Below, in pieces: positions 7,508 to 15,285 of a stretch of 24,655 bases of DNA (its first letter is position 1; every line of letters starts with the position of its first letter). The notes under the pieces are model-generated. The model was not told the origin of the DNA and did not search any database. It saw only the letters and a list, made by a program, of their open reading frames with translations. Source of the DNA: a virus (Duplodnaviria > Caudoviricetes); the IMG/VR virus record IMGVR_UViG_3300033150_002248, positions 1 to 24,655 of that record; one strand, 5' to 3'. Both the position numbers and the translations under genes were made by a program.

Positions 7508-9503
7508 GATGCCACCCAAGCTTCGCCCCCTGTTGTTCCACGGACTGCAAATCCGGCGGGTAACAGAGGAGCAAGCCCAGGGTGATTGTCCGTTTTGTGG
7601 AAAGCCCCGCCACTTTTACGTCAATCCCGCCAACGGGAAATGGGATTGCAAGCGATGTGGCAGGAAGGGCAACATTTACAGTTTCCTTCGCCAGTGGTAT
7701 GAGTTTTGCCTGGCCGAAACCCCGGAAACGGCCTACAAGGAACTCTCCGAGGAACGCAGTATCCCGGTTGAAGCCTTCGCCCACTGGCAGTTGGCCCGTG
7801 ACCCGCAGGGCCGCTGGCTGTTCCCCGTTCACAACCTGGACGGCAGGCTGGTCAATCTCCACCTGCGCGAGCAGTCCGGCAGCCCCATTCTTTCCACCCC
7901 GGGTTGCAAGCTGCACTTGATTGGCGAGCAGAACATCCCCTCCTCCATGCCCGATTCGCCGGTCTATATCTGCGAGGGGTTCTGGGACACCTACGCCCTT
8001 TCCTGGGCAGTACGTCGCGGTTCCCAACCCGCCCTGGTGCTGGGAGTACCCGGCGCCCAGGTGTTCAAACCCGAGTGGTCCGAGTGGCTGGCCCGGCGGG
8101 ATGTGAAGCTGCTTTACGACAACGACCCGGCAGGTGCCCGGGGCATGAGCAGCATGTGCCTGAAACTGACACACTCCCGGTTGTGGGTCATTCGCTGGCC
8201 CGCCGGGTTATCCGAGGGTTACGACATCAGCGATTATGTCAAGTCCCGCCGCCGTGCCCCGGTCAAGCTGCTCAAGGAACTGGAACGGATGCTGGTCCCC
8301 TTCACTTCCCAGGAAGGAAAGAAGGCGGTACACACCCGCCCGTCCAAGCCCCCTTCCCTGAAAAAGGTATTGAATACCTATCGCAAGTACCTCCACCTGG
8401 ACCCGGTAATGGAGGATGCCATCAAGGTGATGTTTGCCTGCGTGTTATCCATCAAGGTTCCAGGTGACCCGCTGTGGCTGTTCCTGGTAGGCCCGCCGGG
8501 AGCCGGAAAAACGGTGGTCCTTCGCTGCCTGGAAGCTGTCCCCTACTGTCACTTTGAAAGCACTCTTACACCCCACAGCTTGATCTCCGGGTGGCGTACC
8601 CCTGACGGTTCCGACCCCAGCCTCATCAAGCTGCTGGCCGATGATAAAGTGCTGGTCATCAAGGATTACACGGCCATCAAGTCCATGCCCGTGGGCGAAC
8701 AGGAGGAAATCTACGGCCTGTTACGCGACGCTTACGACGGCCGGATTGACAAGGTATTCGGCCACCTGGGACCCCGGCAGTACACCTGCCATTTCGGTAT
8801 TGTGGCCGGGGTGACCGACGTAATTTACGGGGATGAGCGAGCCACGTTGGGTGAACGATTCCTGAAATGCGCGTTCATCGGTCCCGAGCACGCCAGTGAG
8901 AAACACATCCGGGCCGCCATGCGTACTATTCAGTCGCAGGCCGACTGGGAGGACCGCTTGCGGCAGATAACCGCTGACTTCCTGGACCGCGATCTGTCCC
9001 GTGTACCCAAGATTCCCGGCTGGTGGGAGGATCGCATCATCGCCTTGAGCCAGGTGGTAGCCTACCTGCGAGCCGGAGTCATTCGCCGGGGTGGTGAACT
9101 AATCAGCCGCCCCCGCCCGGAAATCGGCACCCGGCTGGCCAAGCAACTAGTCAAGCTGTCCCAGTTGCTAACCGTTATCCTGGAAACCCGGGGCCGGATT
9201 ACCAAGGAAGTCTGCCGCCTGGTCACCAAGGTGGGCCTGGACACGGTAGCGGGCTGGAACCAGGAAATTATCCGGGCATTGGCCGCGGTTTACCCGGACC
9301 GTCTCACTGTCCAGGAAATATCCCAGCGCGTGAGTGCTTCCGATTCATCGGTTCGCCGCAGGTTGGAGGACATGCGGGAATTGCGTATCGTTACCCGGAG
9401 GTCTGAGTCCAACGGGGGCCGCCGGGGTAAACCTTCCTACGGGTACGCCCTTGTCCCTGAACTTTACAAGCTCTGGGAAAGGGCCAAGTTGGAGAAAGGA
9501 TGA
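7482..9503 (+). CDS. Primase-helicase: Zn finger + TOPRIM + AAA+ ATPase + C-terminal winged HTH
   Basis: CPFC..CKRC; YICEGFWD and LYDNDPAG (TOPRIM); GPPGAGKT, VIKD, LRDAYDG, LGERFL (AAA+); LTVQEISQRVSASDSSVRRRLEDM (wHTH). The start could be 7482, 7491 or 7509. Confidence 0.88.
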   Translation: MQGMANTNEMPPKLRPLLFHGLQIRRVTEEQAQGDCPFCGKPRHFYVNPANGKWDCKRCGRKGNIYSFLRQWYEFCLAETPETAYKELSEERSIPVEAFAHWQLARDPQGRWLFPVHNLDGRLVNLHLREQSGSPILSTPGCKLHLIGEQNIPSSMPDSPVYICEGFWDTYALSWAVRRGSQPALVLGVPGAQVFKPEWSEWLARRDVKLLYDNDPAGARGMSSMCLKLTHSRLWVIRWPAGLSEGYDISDYVKSRRRAPVKLLKELERMLVPFTSQEGKKAVHTRPSKPPSLKKVLNTYRKYLHLDPVMEDAIKVMFACVLSIKVPGDPLWLFLVGPPGAGKTVVLRCLEAVPYCHFESTLTPHSLISGWRTPDGSDPSLIKLLADDKVLVIKDYTAIKSMPVGEQEEIYGLLRDAYDGRIDKVFGHLGPRQYTCHFGIVAGVTDVIYGDERATLGERFLKCAFIGPEHASEKHIRAAMRTIQSQADWEDRLRQITADFLDRDLSRVPKIPGWWEDRIIALSQVVAYLRAGVIRRGGELISRPRPEIGTRLAKQLVKLSQLLTVILETRGRITKEVCRLVTKVGLDTVAGWNQEIIRALAAVYPDRLTVQEISQRVSASDSSVRRRLEDMRELRIVTRRSESNGGRRGKPSYGYALVPELYKLWERAKLEKG

Positions 9504-9507
9504 TCTG

Positions 9508-9771
9508 ATGGAGAACTTGAGCGACGTGTTGGCCCGGGCCTTGAGGTCCCATGATGTGATAACCATCATCAAGCTGGAGGGTGGTCTGCTGATCCAGGGT
9601 TCCCCTTCCAAGGACATTGACCCGGTGGTGGAGCAATTGAACTTCTACCGGCGGGCCTGGAAAAAGATGCCCAGTAACATGACCGAAGAAAACCCTTTCC
9701 TGGGCAAGTTTCTGGATTCCCTTTCCCATGTTCTGAGCCTGGTATCTATCAGGGTTCAAGAACCTGATTGA
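9508..9771 (+). CDS. Hypothetical protein
   Basis: SD AAAGGA before ATG 9508. Its stop lies inside the degenerate first repeat unit of array 1. Confidence 0.65.
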   Translation: MENLSDVLARALRSHDVITIIKLEGGLLIQGSPSKDIDPVVEQLNFYRRAWKKMPSNMTEENPFLGKFLDSLSHVLSLVSIRVQEPD

Positions 9772-9831
9772 GTTGCAATCTTCGTTCAAGAACTCGATTG
9801 AGTTGCAATCTTCGTTCAAAAACTCGATTGA
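9742..9831 (+). repeat. 30-bp tandem repeat array 1 (one degenerate plus two near-identical units)
   Basis: 9742 GTATCTATCAGGGTTCAAGAACCTGATTGA; 9772 GTTGCAATCTTCGTTCAAGAACTCGATTGA; 9802 GTTGCAATCTTCGTTCAAAAACTCGATTGA. Confidence 0.95.
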
Positions 9832-9843
9832 AAGGAGGACGCC

Positions 9844-10581
9844 ATGTTAATGACCCGCAACGCACGCTCGGTTAGCGAGGACGAACTGGCTGAATTGCCC
9901 TGCCCGCAGGGCACCCGTACCTGGATGCCCATACCACACACCTGGTTACTGCACCTGGTGCGCCGGTCCATCCCTCTACCCTGGGAAATCGTTTCCCAGG
10001 AACATACCGTCGTAGGCAAGGACGGCCATTCCTACTTCGGCCTGCTTCACCTGCGACAGGAATCCCTGGCGGACTACTATTTCACCATTGGCCTGCGGAA
10101 CAATCACCGCAAGCAGTTTGCCGCTGGCCTGGCCTTCGGCCACAAGGTTCTCGTTTGCGAAAACCTGGCCTTCATCGGTGAGCGGGTGCTTACCCGCAAG
10201 CACACCACCGGCATCGTGGCCGATCTGCCCAGTCGCGTGCGCCAAGTAGTCACGGAGGCCCTGCCCGACTTCCACACCCGGCAATGCGACTTCTTCCACC
10301 AGTTGCATACCAGTCACCTGACGGTGGCCGATACGTACTGGCTGGTCCACCAGTCCATCATGCGGGGAATCATTCCCAAGCAGCACGCCTACCTGCCAAT
10401 GAAGCAGCTAGAGGAAATGGGGTTGCTACCCGCTCGGAACGAGCGCTACTTCATAAGTGCCTGGAATGTTTACCAGGGATTCACCCGGGTAATGCGCCTG
10501 GTCTGCCCGCCAACCAGAATTGTACGGCGCACCGTGAAGCTGTATAATCTCTTCCAGGAATTGTGGAGGAACCCGGTATGA
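9844..10581 (+). CDS. DUF932-like protein
   Basis: SD AAAGGAGG. WMPIPH, YFGLL, IGLRNNH, VLVCENLAF, RKHT motifs. Confidence 0.78.
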   Translation: MLMTRNARSVSEDELAELPCPQGTRTWMPIPHTWLLHLVRRSIPLPWEIVSQEHTVVGKDGHSYFGLLHLRQESLADYYFTIGLRNNHRKQFAAGLAFGHKVLVCENLAFIGERVLTRKHTTGIVADLPSRVRQVVTEALPDFHTRQCDFFHQLHTSHLTVADTYWLVHQSIMRGIIPKQHAYLPMKQLEEMGLLPARNERYFISAWNVYQGFTRVMRLVCPPTRIVRRTVKLYNLFQELWRNPV

Positions 10582-12197
10582 GCAAGTGGAAGAATCGCAT
10601 CGTAGGACGCGAGCTAGTCTCGCCTGAAAAACTGGTTCCCAACCCGGAGAACTGGCGAAAGCACCCGGTTTGGCAACGGCGAAGTATCGGCTGGCTGCTT
10701 TCCAAGGTGGGTTGGGTCCAGGATGTGGTGGTCAATGTGACTACCGGCCACCTGTTGGACGGTCACATGCGGGTGGAAGAGGCGTTGAAGCGAGGGGAGG
10801 AAACCGTTCCCGTGCTTTACGTCAAGCTCACCCCCGAAGAGGAACGCCTGGTCCTGGCCACCTTTGACCCCATCGCCGAGTACACCGAGACCGATACCGA
10901 CGCTCTCGAAAACCTTACCCGGGCAGCCGTGGCCGGGATGGAAGAACTGGAAGAGGATGGCCTGGACCTGCTGGAAACCATTGCCGGTGACAGTGGCATT
11001 TCGCTGGAGGCCGACGTGGCCGAAAAGGACGAGGGTCTGGCTTTCCACCGCCGGGAGGTTTGCAGCCCGGTTTCCCAGCCAGTGGAACGTGCCCCCAATG
11101 TTTGCTGCCCGTTCTACGCTCTGGACGTGGGGGTTGGTCCCTGTCGGCATAACTGTGCCTACTGTGCTACCCTGGGTCAACGGGGCAGCACCAGCCTGGG
11201 CAATCGTTTCCGTCCGGCCACTTCCACCTCCCTCAAAAAGCTGGTGGACAAAGCCAAGCTGCTCAAGGCCCCGCTGGAACTGGGAGCCGCCCAGGACCCG
11301 GCCATGCGGGAGTACGGGGTAGCCCTGCGGGAAACCCTTCGCCTGGCCCATGGTGCCGGGTTGTTCATCCTTTTCCTCACCAAGAACCCGGAGCCCATTG
11401 TTCAGGCCGTTCTGGACACCAAGTTTCCCGTGGAGCAATGCCTGGTAAAGGTCAGCTTCGGCACCTTCGACGACGATGTTGCCAAGCGGCTGGAACCCGG
11501 AGCCCCACCTCCTTCGGCCCGGTTGAAGTGCCTGCGGGAAGCCTGGAAGAAGCACGGCATTGAGGGTTGCATTCACGTCTCCCCCATGATCCTGGATCAC
11601 TGGCGAGTGGGATTCGCCGAATCCCTCAAGAAGTTTGACGGTGAACGGATCACCTGTCACCTGTTCTCCGTTTCCACCATCGGCAAGGACAATTACTACG
11701 CTCCCCGGATGGACGGCAAGATCAGCCCGGACTGGTCCATCGACCGTTACTTGGCCAAGTTTGGCAGGCGCAACCCGTCACTGTGGGGCATGTTCTACGA
11801 CTTCGACCCGGAAATTGTCCGGGAACAGATGAAAGAGTTGAAAACCATCGCGGCTGACTTCAACAAAAAGGCCAGTCCTTGTGGAATCCTGTTGACACGG
11901 CATACCTGGGATATGGTAGAATACCCTTACGGTTGTTGTACCAGCCGGATGGAAAGCCTGGGTATCGTGTCCGAGGACCCGCCACGAGGAATCCAGAACC
12001 AGTTTTGTTACCTGTGTGGAACGGGTAAGGTCAAGCGATTGCATTGTGAGTTTCTGCGGGGGATTGAAAAGCTGCCGGAAACGGAAAAGGAGCTTCAACT
12101 CTTCCGTCTCCGCCTGGCGAACGATCCCCGCGACGGGCTTTACAGATTCCGCGAAGCCGTGGAGGTGAATCATGGCCAAGAAGAAGAAGAAAGCTAA
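10578..12197 (+). CDS. ParB-N-like domain fused to SPL-like radical SAM enzyme
   Basis: SD GGAGG with ATGA overlap at 10578. ParB-like LVPNPENWRKHP..LLDGHMRVEEA..VPV. Radical SAM CRHNCAYC (CxxxCxxC), QDPA, LTKNP, AKRLEPGAPPPSARL. Confidence 0.88.
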   Translation: MSKWKNRIVGRELVSPEKLVPNPENWRKHPVWQRRSIGWLLSKVGWVQDVVVNVTTGHLLDGHMRVEEALKRGEETVPVLYVKLTPEEERLVLATFDPIAEYTETDTDALENLTRAAVAGMEELEEDGLDLLETIAGDSGISLEADVAEKDEGLAFHRREVCSPVSQPVERAPNVCCPFYALDVGVGPCRHNCAYCATLGQRGSTSLGNRFRPATSTSLKKLVDKAKLLKAPLELGAAQDPAMREYGVALRETLRLAHGAGLFILFLTKNPEPIVQAVLDTKFPVEQCLVKVSFGTFDDDVAKRLEPGAPPPSARLKCLREAWKKHGIEGCIHVSPMILDHWRVGFAESLKKFDGERITCHLFSVSTIGKDNYYAPRMDGKISPDWSIDRYLAKFGRRNPSLWGMFYDFDPEIVREQMKELKTIAADFNKKASPCGILLTRHTWDMVEYPYGCCTSRMESLGIVSEDPPRGIQNQFCYLCGTGKVKRLHCEFLRGIEKLPETEKELQLFRLRLANDPRDGLYRFREAVEVNHGQEEEES

Positions 12198-12267
12198 GAA
12201 GGCCAAGAAGGCTCCCAGACGAGGCAGACGTGGCGGGCGCCGGAAGGCTGCTGCTGGGCGTCATTGA
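12172..12267 (+). CDS. 31-aa Lys/Arg-rich histone-H1/protamine-like peptide (not in ORF track)
   Basis: SD GGAGGT at 12161 and ATG at 12172. Translation MAKKKKKAKKAKKAPRRGRRGGRRKAAAGRH*. Confidence 0.75.
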   Translation: MAKKKKKAKKAKKAPRRGRRGGRRKAAAGRH

Positions 12268-12618
12268 AAAGACCTGGTAACCTTCGCTCCCGGACCGGAC
12301 GGCCCGTTTGTCCGCTTCGAGACGGAGGATTGCCGAAAGGTCATCCGCCAGTGCCGGGCTGCTTGCTGTGCCCTGAGTGGCCTGGAATTGACGGACGATG
12401 AAGCCCAACAGATCGACCCCCGCTACCGGGTCTGGAACCCGGAAAGCCGTTGCTGGGAGTTGCGCCGGGGATCGGACGGGTACTGCATGTTGCTGGACAG
12501 GGAAACCCTGCTCTGCACCATTTACGACCACCGACCCCGGACGTGCAGGGAGTTTCACTGTACCCTGGCCCCCGACACGCGGGGCTGGAGACTGGACCTG
12601 GTACGCCTGGACGAATAG
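12268..12618 (+). CDS. YkgJ-family (CxxCxxCC) Cys-cluster protein; start codon unresolved
   Basis: The frame is open from 12268: ..DCRKVIRQCRAACC..GYCMLLD..LCTIYDHRPRTCREFHC. The track start at 12388 would omit the N-terminal Cys motif. Confidence 0.8.
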   Translation, partial: KDLVTFAPGPDGPFVRFETEDCRKVIRQCRAACCALSGLELTDDEAQQIDPRYRVWNPESRCWELRRGSDGYCMLLDRETLLCTIYDHRPRTCREFHCTLAPDTRGWRLDLVRLDE

Positions 12619-12645
12619 GCAGGGTGGAAGGCCGTTCTCTATCAC

Positions 12646-12684
12646 AGGCCCGGGCCTGTTACCAGTTGCCCGGGCCTTCTTTTT
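12646..12684 (+). terminator. Rho-independent terminator
   Basis: AGGCCCGGGC..GCCCGGGCCT stem followed by TCTTTTT. Confidence 0.8.
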
Positions 12685-12752
12685 GCGCCCCTGCCACACT
12701 ACAATAGGATTGACAAAGGGAACGAATACCTGCAAAGCAACAAGTGACAACC

Positions 12753-13292
12753 ATGGCCACCCACAAAACAAAACGCTACGCCAGCCGCCGGTTGGTCAAC
12801 CTGCTGGCCAACGAAGAGCTTTACGACAGGTTTCTTAGATTTATCCGGGCAGGAGCCAGTGCCCATGCAGCCTCCAGGACCATCGGCATTTCCGAATACA
12901 CCTTCTACCGCTGGCTGAGATGGGGTGAAAAGAACAGGGGGCCGGAATACCGGAGGTTCTACAGGGACGTGATGGAGGCCCGGGCCATGGCCCAGGTGGT
13001 AGCCGAGGTGAAGGTATTCAAAACCGACCCCAAGTTTTGGCTTACCCATGGTCCAGCCCGAGACGATTGGACTCCTGCCCCGCAAGAGGTTCGCCTGGAA
13101 GGGTTCCTGGAAACTACCCCCTGCCCCGCCCAACCCACGGACCTGGCCCAGGCATACGGCGTGCTAGCCGAGCTAGGCATTGCCGTCCAACAGGAACAGG
13201 TACAATTCTCCCCAGAAAAGGAGGGTGGCCAGCCCCGTACCGCCCCTGCCCTGAAACTGGTCCTCGGTGATGGCAAAGCGGAGAATGGCTGA
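12753..13292 (+). CDS. terS: Terminase small subunit (HTH type), putative
   Basis: HTH AHAASRTIGISEYTFYRWLRWG, YRRFYRDVMEARA, KFWL. Lies directly upstream of terL with a TGATG overlap. Confidence 0.75.
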   Translation: MATHKTKRYASRRLVNLLANEELYDRFLRFIRAGASAHAASRTIGISEYTFYRWLRWGEKNRGPEYRRFYRDVMEARAMAQVVAEVKVFKTDPKFWLTHGPARDDWTPAPQEVRLEGFLETTPCPAQPTDLAQAYGVLAELGIAVQQEQVQFSPEKEGGQPRTAPALKLVLGDGKAENG

Positions 13293-14908
13293 TGAAGTCA
13301 CAGTCTTCGTTTGAGAACTCGGTTGGGTTGCAGTCTTCGTTTGAGAACTCGACTGGCTGGAAAGACCGCCTGGCCAGCGCCCTGAAAGACAAGCCCGACC
13401 TGCAACGCAAGCTGTTGCCTGCCTGGACTCCCTACATCCCTCACAAGCCCACTCCCCGCCAACTGGCCTTCCTTTGCCTTACCCACCGCGAGGCCCTTTA
13501 CGGTGGAGCGGCAGGTGGAGGGAAATCGGATGCTCTGCTGATGGGAGCCCTGCAATACGTCAACGTCCCTGGCTACTCTGCCCTCATCCTTCGCAAAACC
13601 TTTACCGACCTCAGCCAGCCCGGAGCCTTGATCGACCGCAGCCATGACTGGCTGGACGGCACCCCAGCCGTTTGGCGACCCCAGCTTCACCGCTGGGACT
13701 TTCCTACCGGGGGCAGGCCAGCCACGTTGCAATTCGGCTACTTGCAAAGTGCCCTTGACGTGTACCGCTACCAATCCGCCGAGTTTCAATACATTGCCAT
13801 TGACGAGTTGACCCAGCACTACGAGTGGGACTACCTGTTCCTCTTCTCCCGCTGTCGCCGTCCCCGTTGTCCAGACCATGCTGACGAGCCCCATCCCCGC
13901 TGTCCCACCTGTGCCGAGTGTGCTGCCCTGGCCCGTGTCCCCTTGCGTGTACGCAGTGCCACCAACCCCGGAGGTATCGGCCATCGCTGGGTCAAGGAGA
14001 GGTTCGGTATCCGGCAGGTGACCGATCCCCGTACAGGACAAACCCGTTGGCTGGGCTCTTATGCCGACCGTCCCTACATTCCGGCCTATATCCAGGACAA
14101 TCCCTACATCGACCAGCAGTCCTACATTCTCTCACTCCACAACCTGGACCCGGTGACCCGGGAGCAGTACCTTTCTGGCGACTGGTCCATCACTCACGAG
14201 GGCCGCATCAAGCCCTCCTGGGCTCGCTACTACACCATCGACAACAAGACCGTCTATCTCAAGGACAACCAGCGAAACATCGTTCTCCGTACCTGGCCCC
14301 TGGCCCGTTGCCGGGTATTCTGCACTGCTGACACTGCTGCCTCCGTCCGCGAAGGTCCGGCAGACAAGCTGCTCTGGCGCCGGGAACCATCCTGGACGGT
14401 ACTAGCTACCTGGCTGGTCACCCCCGACCATGACCTGTTGCTTTACGACATCCTCCGTTTCCAGAAGGAAATCCCCGACATCATCCGCCTGTTCAAGCAA
14501 CGCTTCCAGGAGCTTTGCCAGAAGGGACTGCAACCGGAGTTTATCGGTATCGAAGCAGCCGCCGTTTCCCTGGGCATCATTCAAACCCTCCGCCGCGAGG
14601 GCTTGCCCATCCGTCCCCTTTCTCCCTACACCGGAGACAAGCTGGTACGGGCCACGGACTTCATCAACCGGATGGAACAGGGCAAGGTTTACTTCCTCCA
14701 GGATGCGCCCTGGCTTCCGGCCTATGAGAACGAGCTTTACACCTGGGTAGGTGATCCGGCCCAGGCTGCCGATCAGATAGACGCTTCCGCCTACGCGGGC
14801 CGTGAGGTAACCCGCTGGGCAGGTTCTACGACTACTGTTGTCCGGCGCCGCAGTGACCTGCCACGCGACTTGCCGGGCAGTGGTGTGATTCGCATGGGGA
14901 GGTTCTAG
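13292..14908 (+). CDS. terL: Terminase large subunit
   Basis: PTPRQ, Walker A YGGAAGGGKS, Walker B IAIDELTQH, SATNPGG, DNPYID. Nuclease domain TADTA, IGIE, DKLVRA, DQIDA. Confidence 0.96.
   Translation: MKSQSSFENSVGLQSSFENSTGWKDRLASALKDKPDLQRKLLPAWTPYIPHKPTPRQLAFLCLTHREALYGGAAGGGKSDALLMGALQYVNVPGYSALILRKTFTDLSQPGALIDRSHDWLDGTPAVWRPQLHRWDFPTGGRPATLQFGYLQSALDVYRYQSAEFQYIAIDELTQHYEWDYLFLFSRCRRPRCPDHADEPHPRCPTCAECAALARVPLRVRSATNPGGIGHRWVKERFGIRQVTDPRTGQTRWLGSYADRPYIPAYIQDNPYIDQQSYILSLHNLDPVTREQYLSGDWSITHEGRIKPSWARYYTIDNKTVYLKDNQRNIVLRTWPLARCRVFCTADTAASVREGPADKLLWRREPSWTVLATWLVTPDHDLLLYDILRFQKEIPDIIRLFKQRFQELCQKGLQPEFIGIEAAAVSLGIIQTLRREGLPIRPLSPYTGDKLVRATDFINRMEQGKVYFLQDAPWLPAYENELYTWVGDPAQAADQIDASAYAGREVTRWAGSTTTVVRRRSDLPRDLPGSGVIRMGRF
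13297..13356 (+). repeat. 30-bp tandem repeat array 2 (two units, inside 5' end of terL)
   Basis: GTCACAGTCTTCGTTTGAGAACTCGGTTGG / GTTGCAGTCTTCGTTTGAGAACTCGACTGG, followed by CTGGAAAG. Confidence 0.93.
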
Positions 14909-14910
14909 CC

Positions 14911-15162
14911 ATGTCCTGCAAGGACCCTCTATCGGACGATAGCGGTCTTTCTACCAGGGAGAAGAACGCCGTTCTGCTCCGCCGCCTGCGACAACTGCAA
15001 CTCCAATCCGGCCGTCCCCCCTCTGACTACTACACCGACGAAAGCCCTGAACTGTTTTTCAGCCGTCCCTGGGGACCATCCGGTTCCCTTTACTCCGTCC
15101 CTCCCCGTTGCCCGCGCCCCCAGGTGAACCGCGAGGAGCGGTGGTTCCTGGCCGGGGATTGA
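14911..15162 (+). CDS. Hypothetical protein
   Basis: SD GGAGG, starts 2 nt after the terL stop. Its TGA directly abuts repeat array 3. Confidence 0.6.
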   Translation: MSCKDPLSDDSGLSTREKNAVLLRRLRQLQLQSGRPPSDYYTDESPELFFSRPWGPSGSLYSVPPRCPRPQVNREERWFLAGD

Positions 15163-15222
15163 GTTGCAATCTCCGCTTAAGAGCTTGATTGGGTTGCAAT
15201 CTTCGCTTAGGAGCTTGATTGA
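15163..15222 (+). repeat. 30-bp tandem repeat array 3 (two units)
   Basis: GTTGCAATCTCCGCTTAAGAGCTTGATTGG / GTTGCAATCTTCGCTTAGGAGCTTGATTGA, preceded by GATTGA and followed by CTGGAAAT. Confidence 0.93.
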
Positions 15223-15285
15223 CTGGAAATCTGCTCCTGCCTTGGGTTATACTGGGTAAGGGAAGGTAACTGGAGGAAATCAGTT

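Noticed and set aside
9742-9834. Functional CRISPR mini-array
   Set aside because: Units abut with exact 30-bp period and no unique spacers, and no cas genes are in the window. Kept only as a repeat-mimic hypothesis.
12265-12267. TGA reassignment or selenocysteine
   Set aside because: TGA is used as a normal stop in many ATGA/TGATG overlaps here, and the position is not a conserved Cys site.
12700-12715. TACAAT and TTGACA upstream of terS as a sigma70 promoter
   Set aside because: The hexamers are in the wrong order and neither has a correctly spaced partner.
9742-15222. TIGR array / guide-RNA system
   Set aside because: There are no variable spacer segments, no clear box C/D pattern and no recognisable Nop-domain gene in the window.
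15219-15253. TTGACT..TATACT promoter after array 3
   Set aside because: The 23-bp spacing is too long for sigma70; an activator-dependent promoter cannot be excluded.
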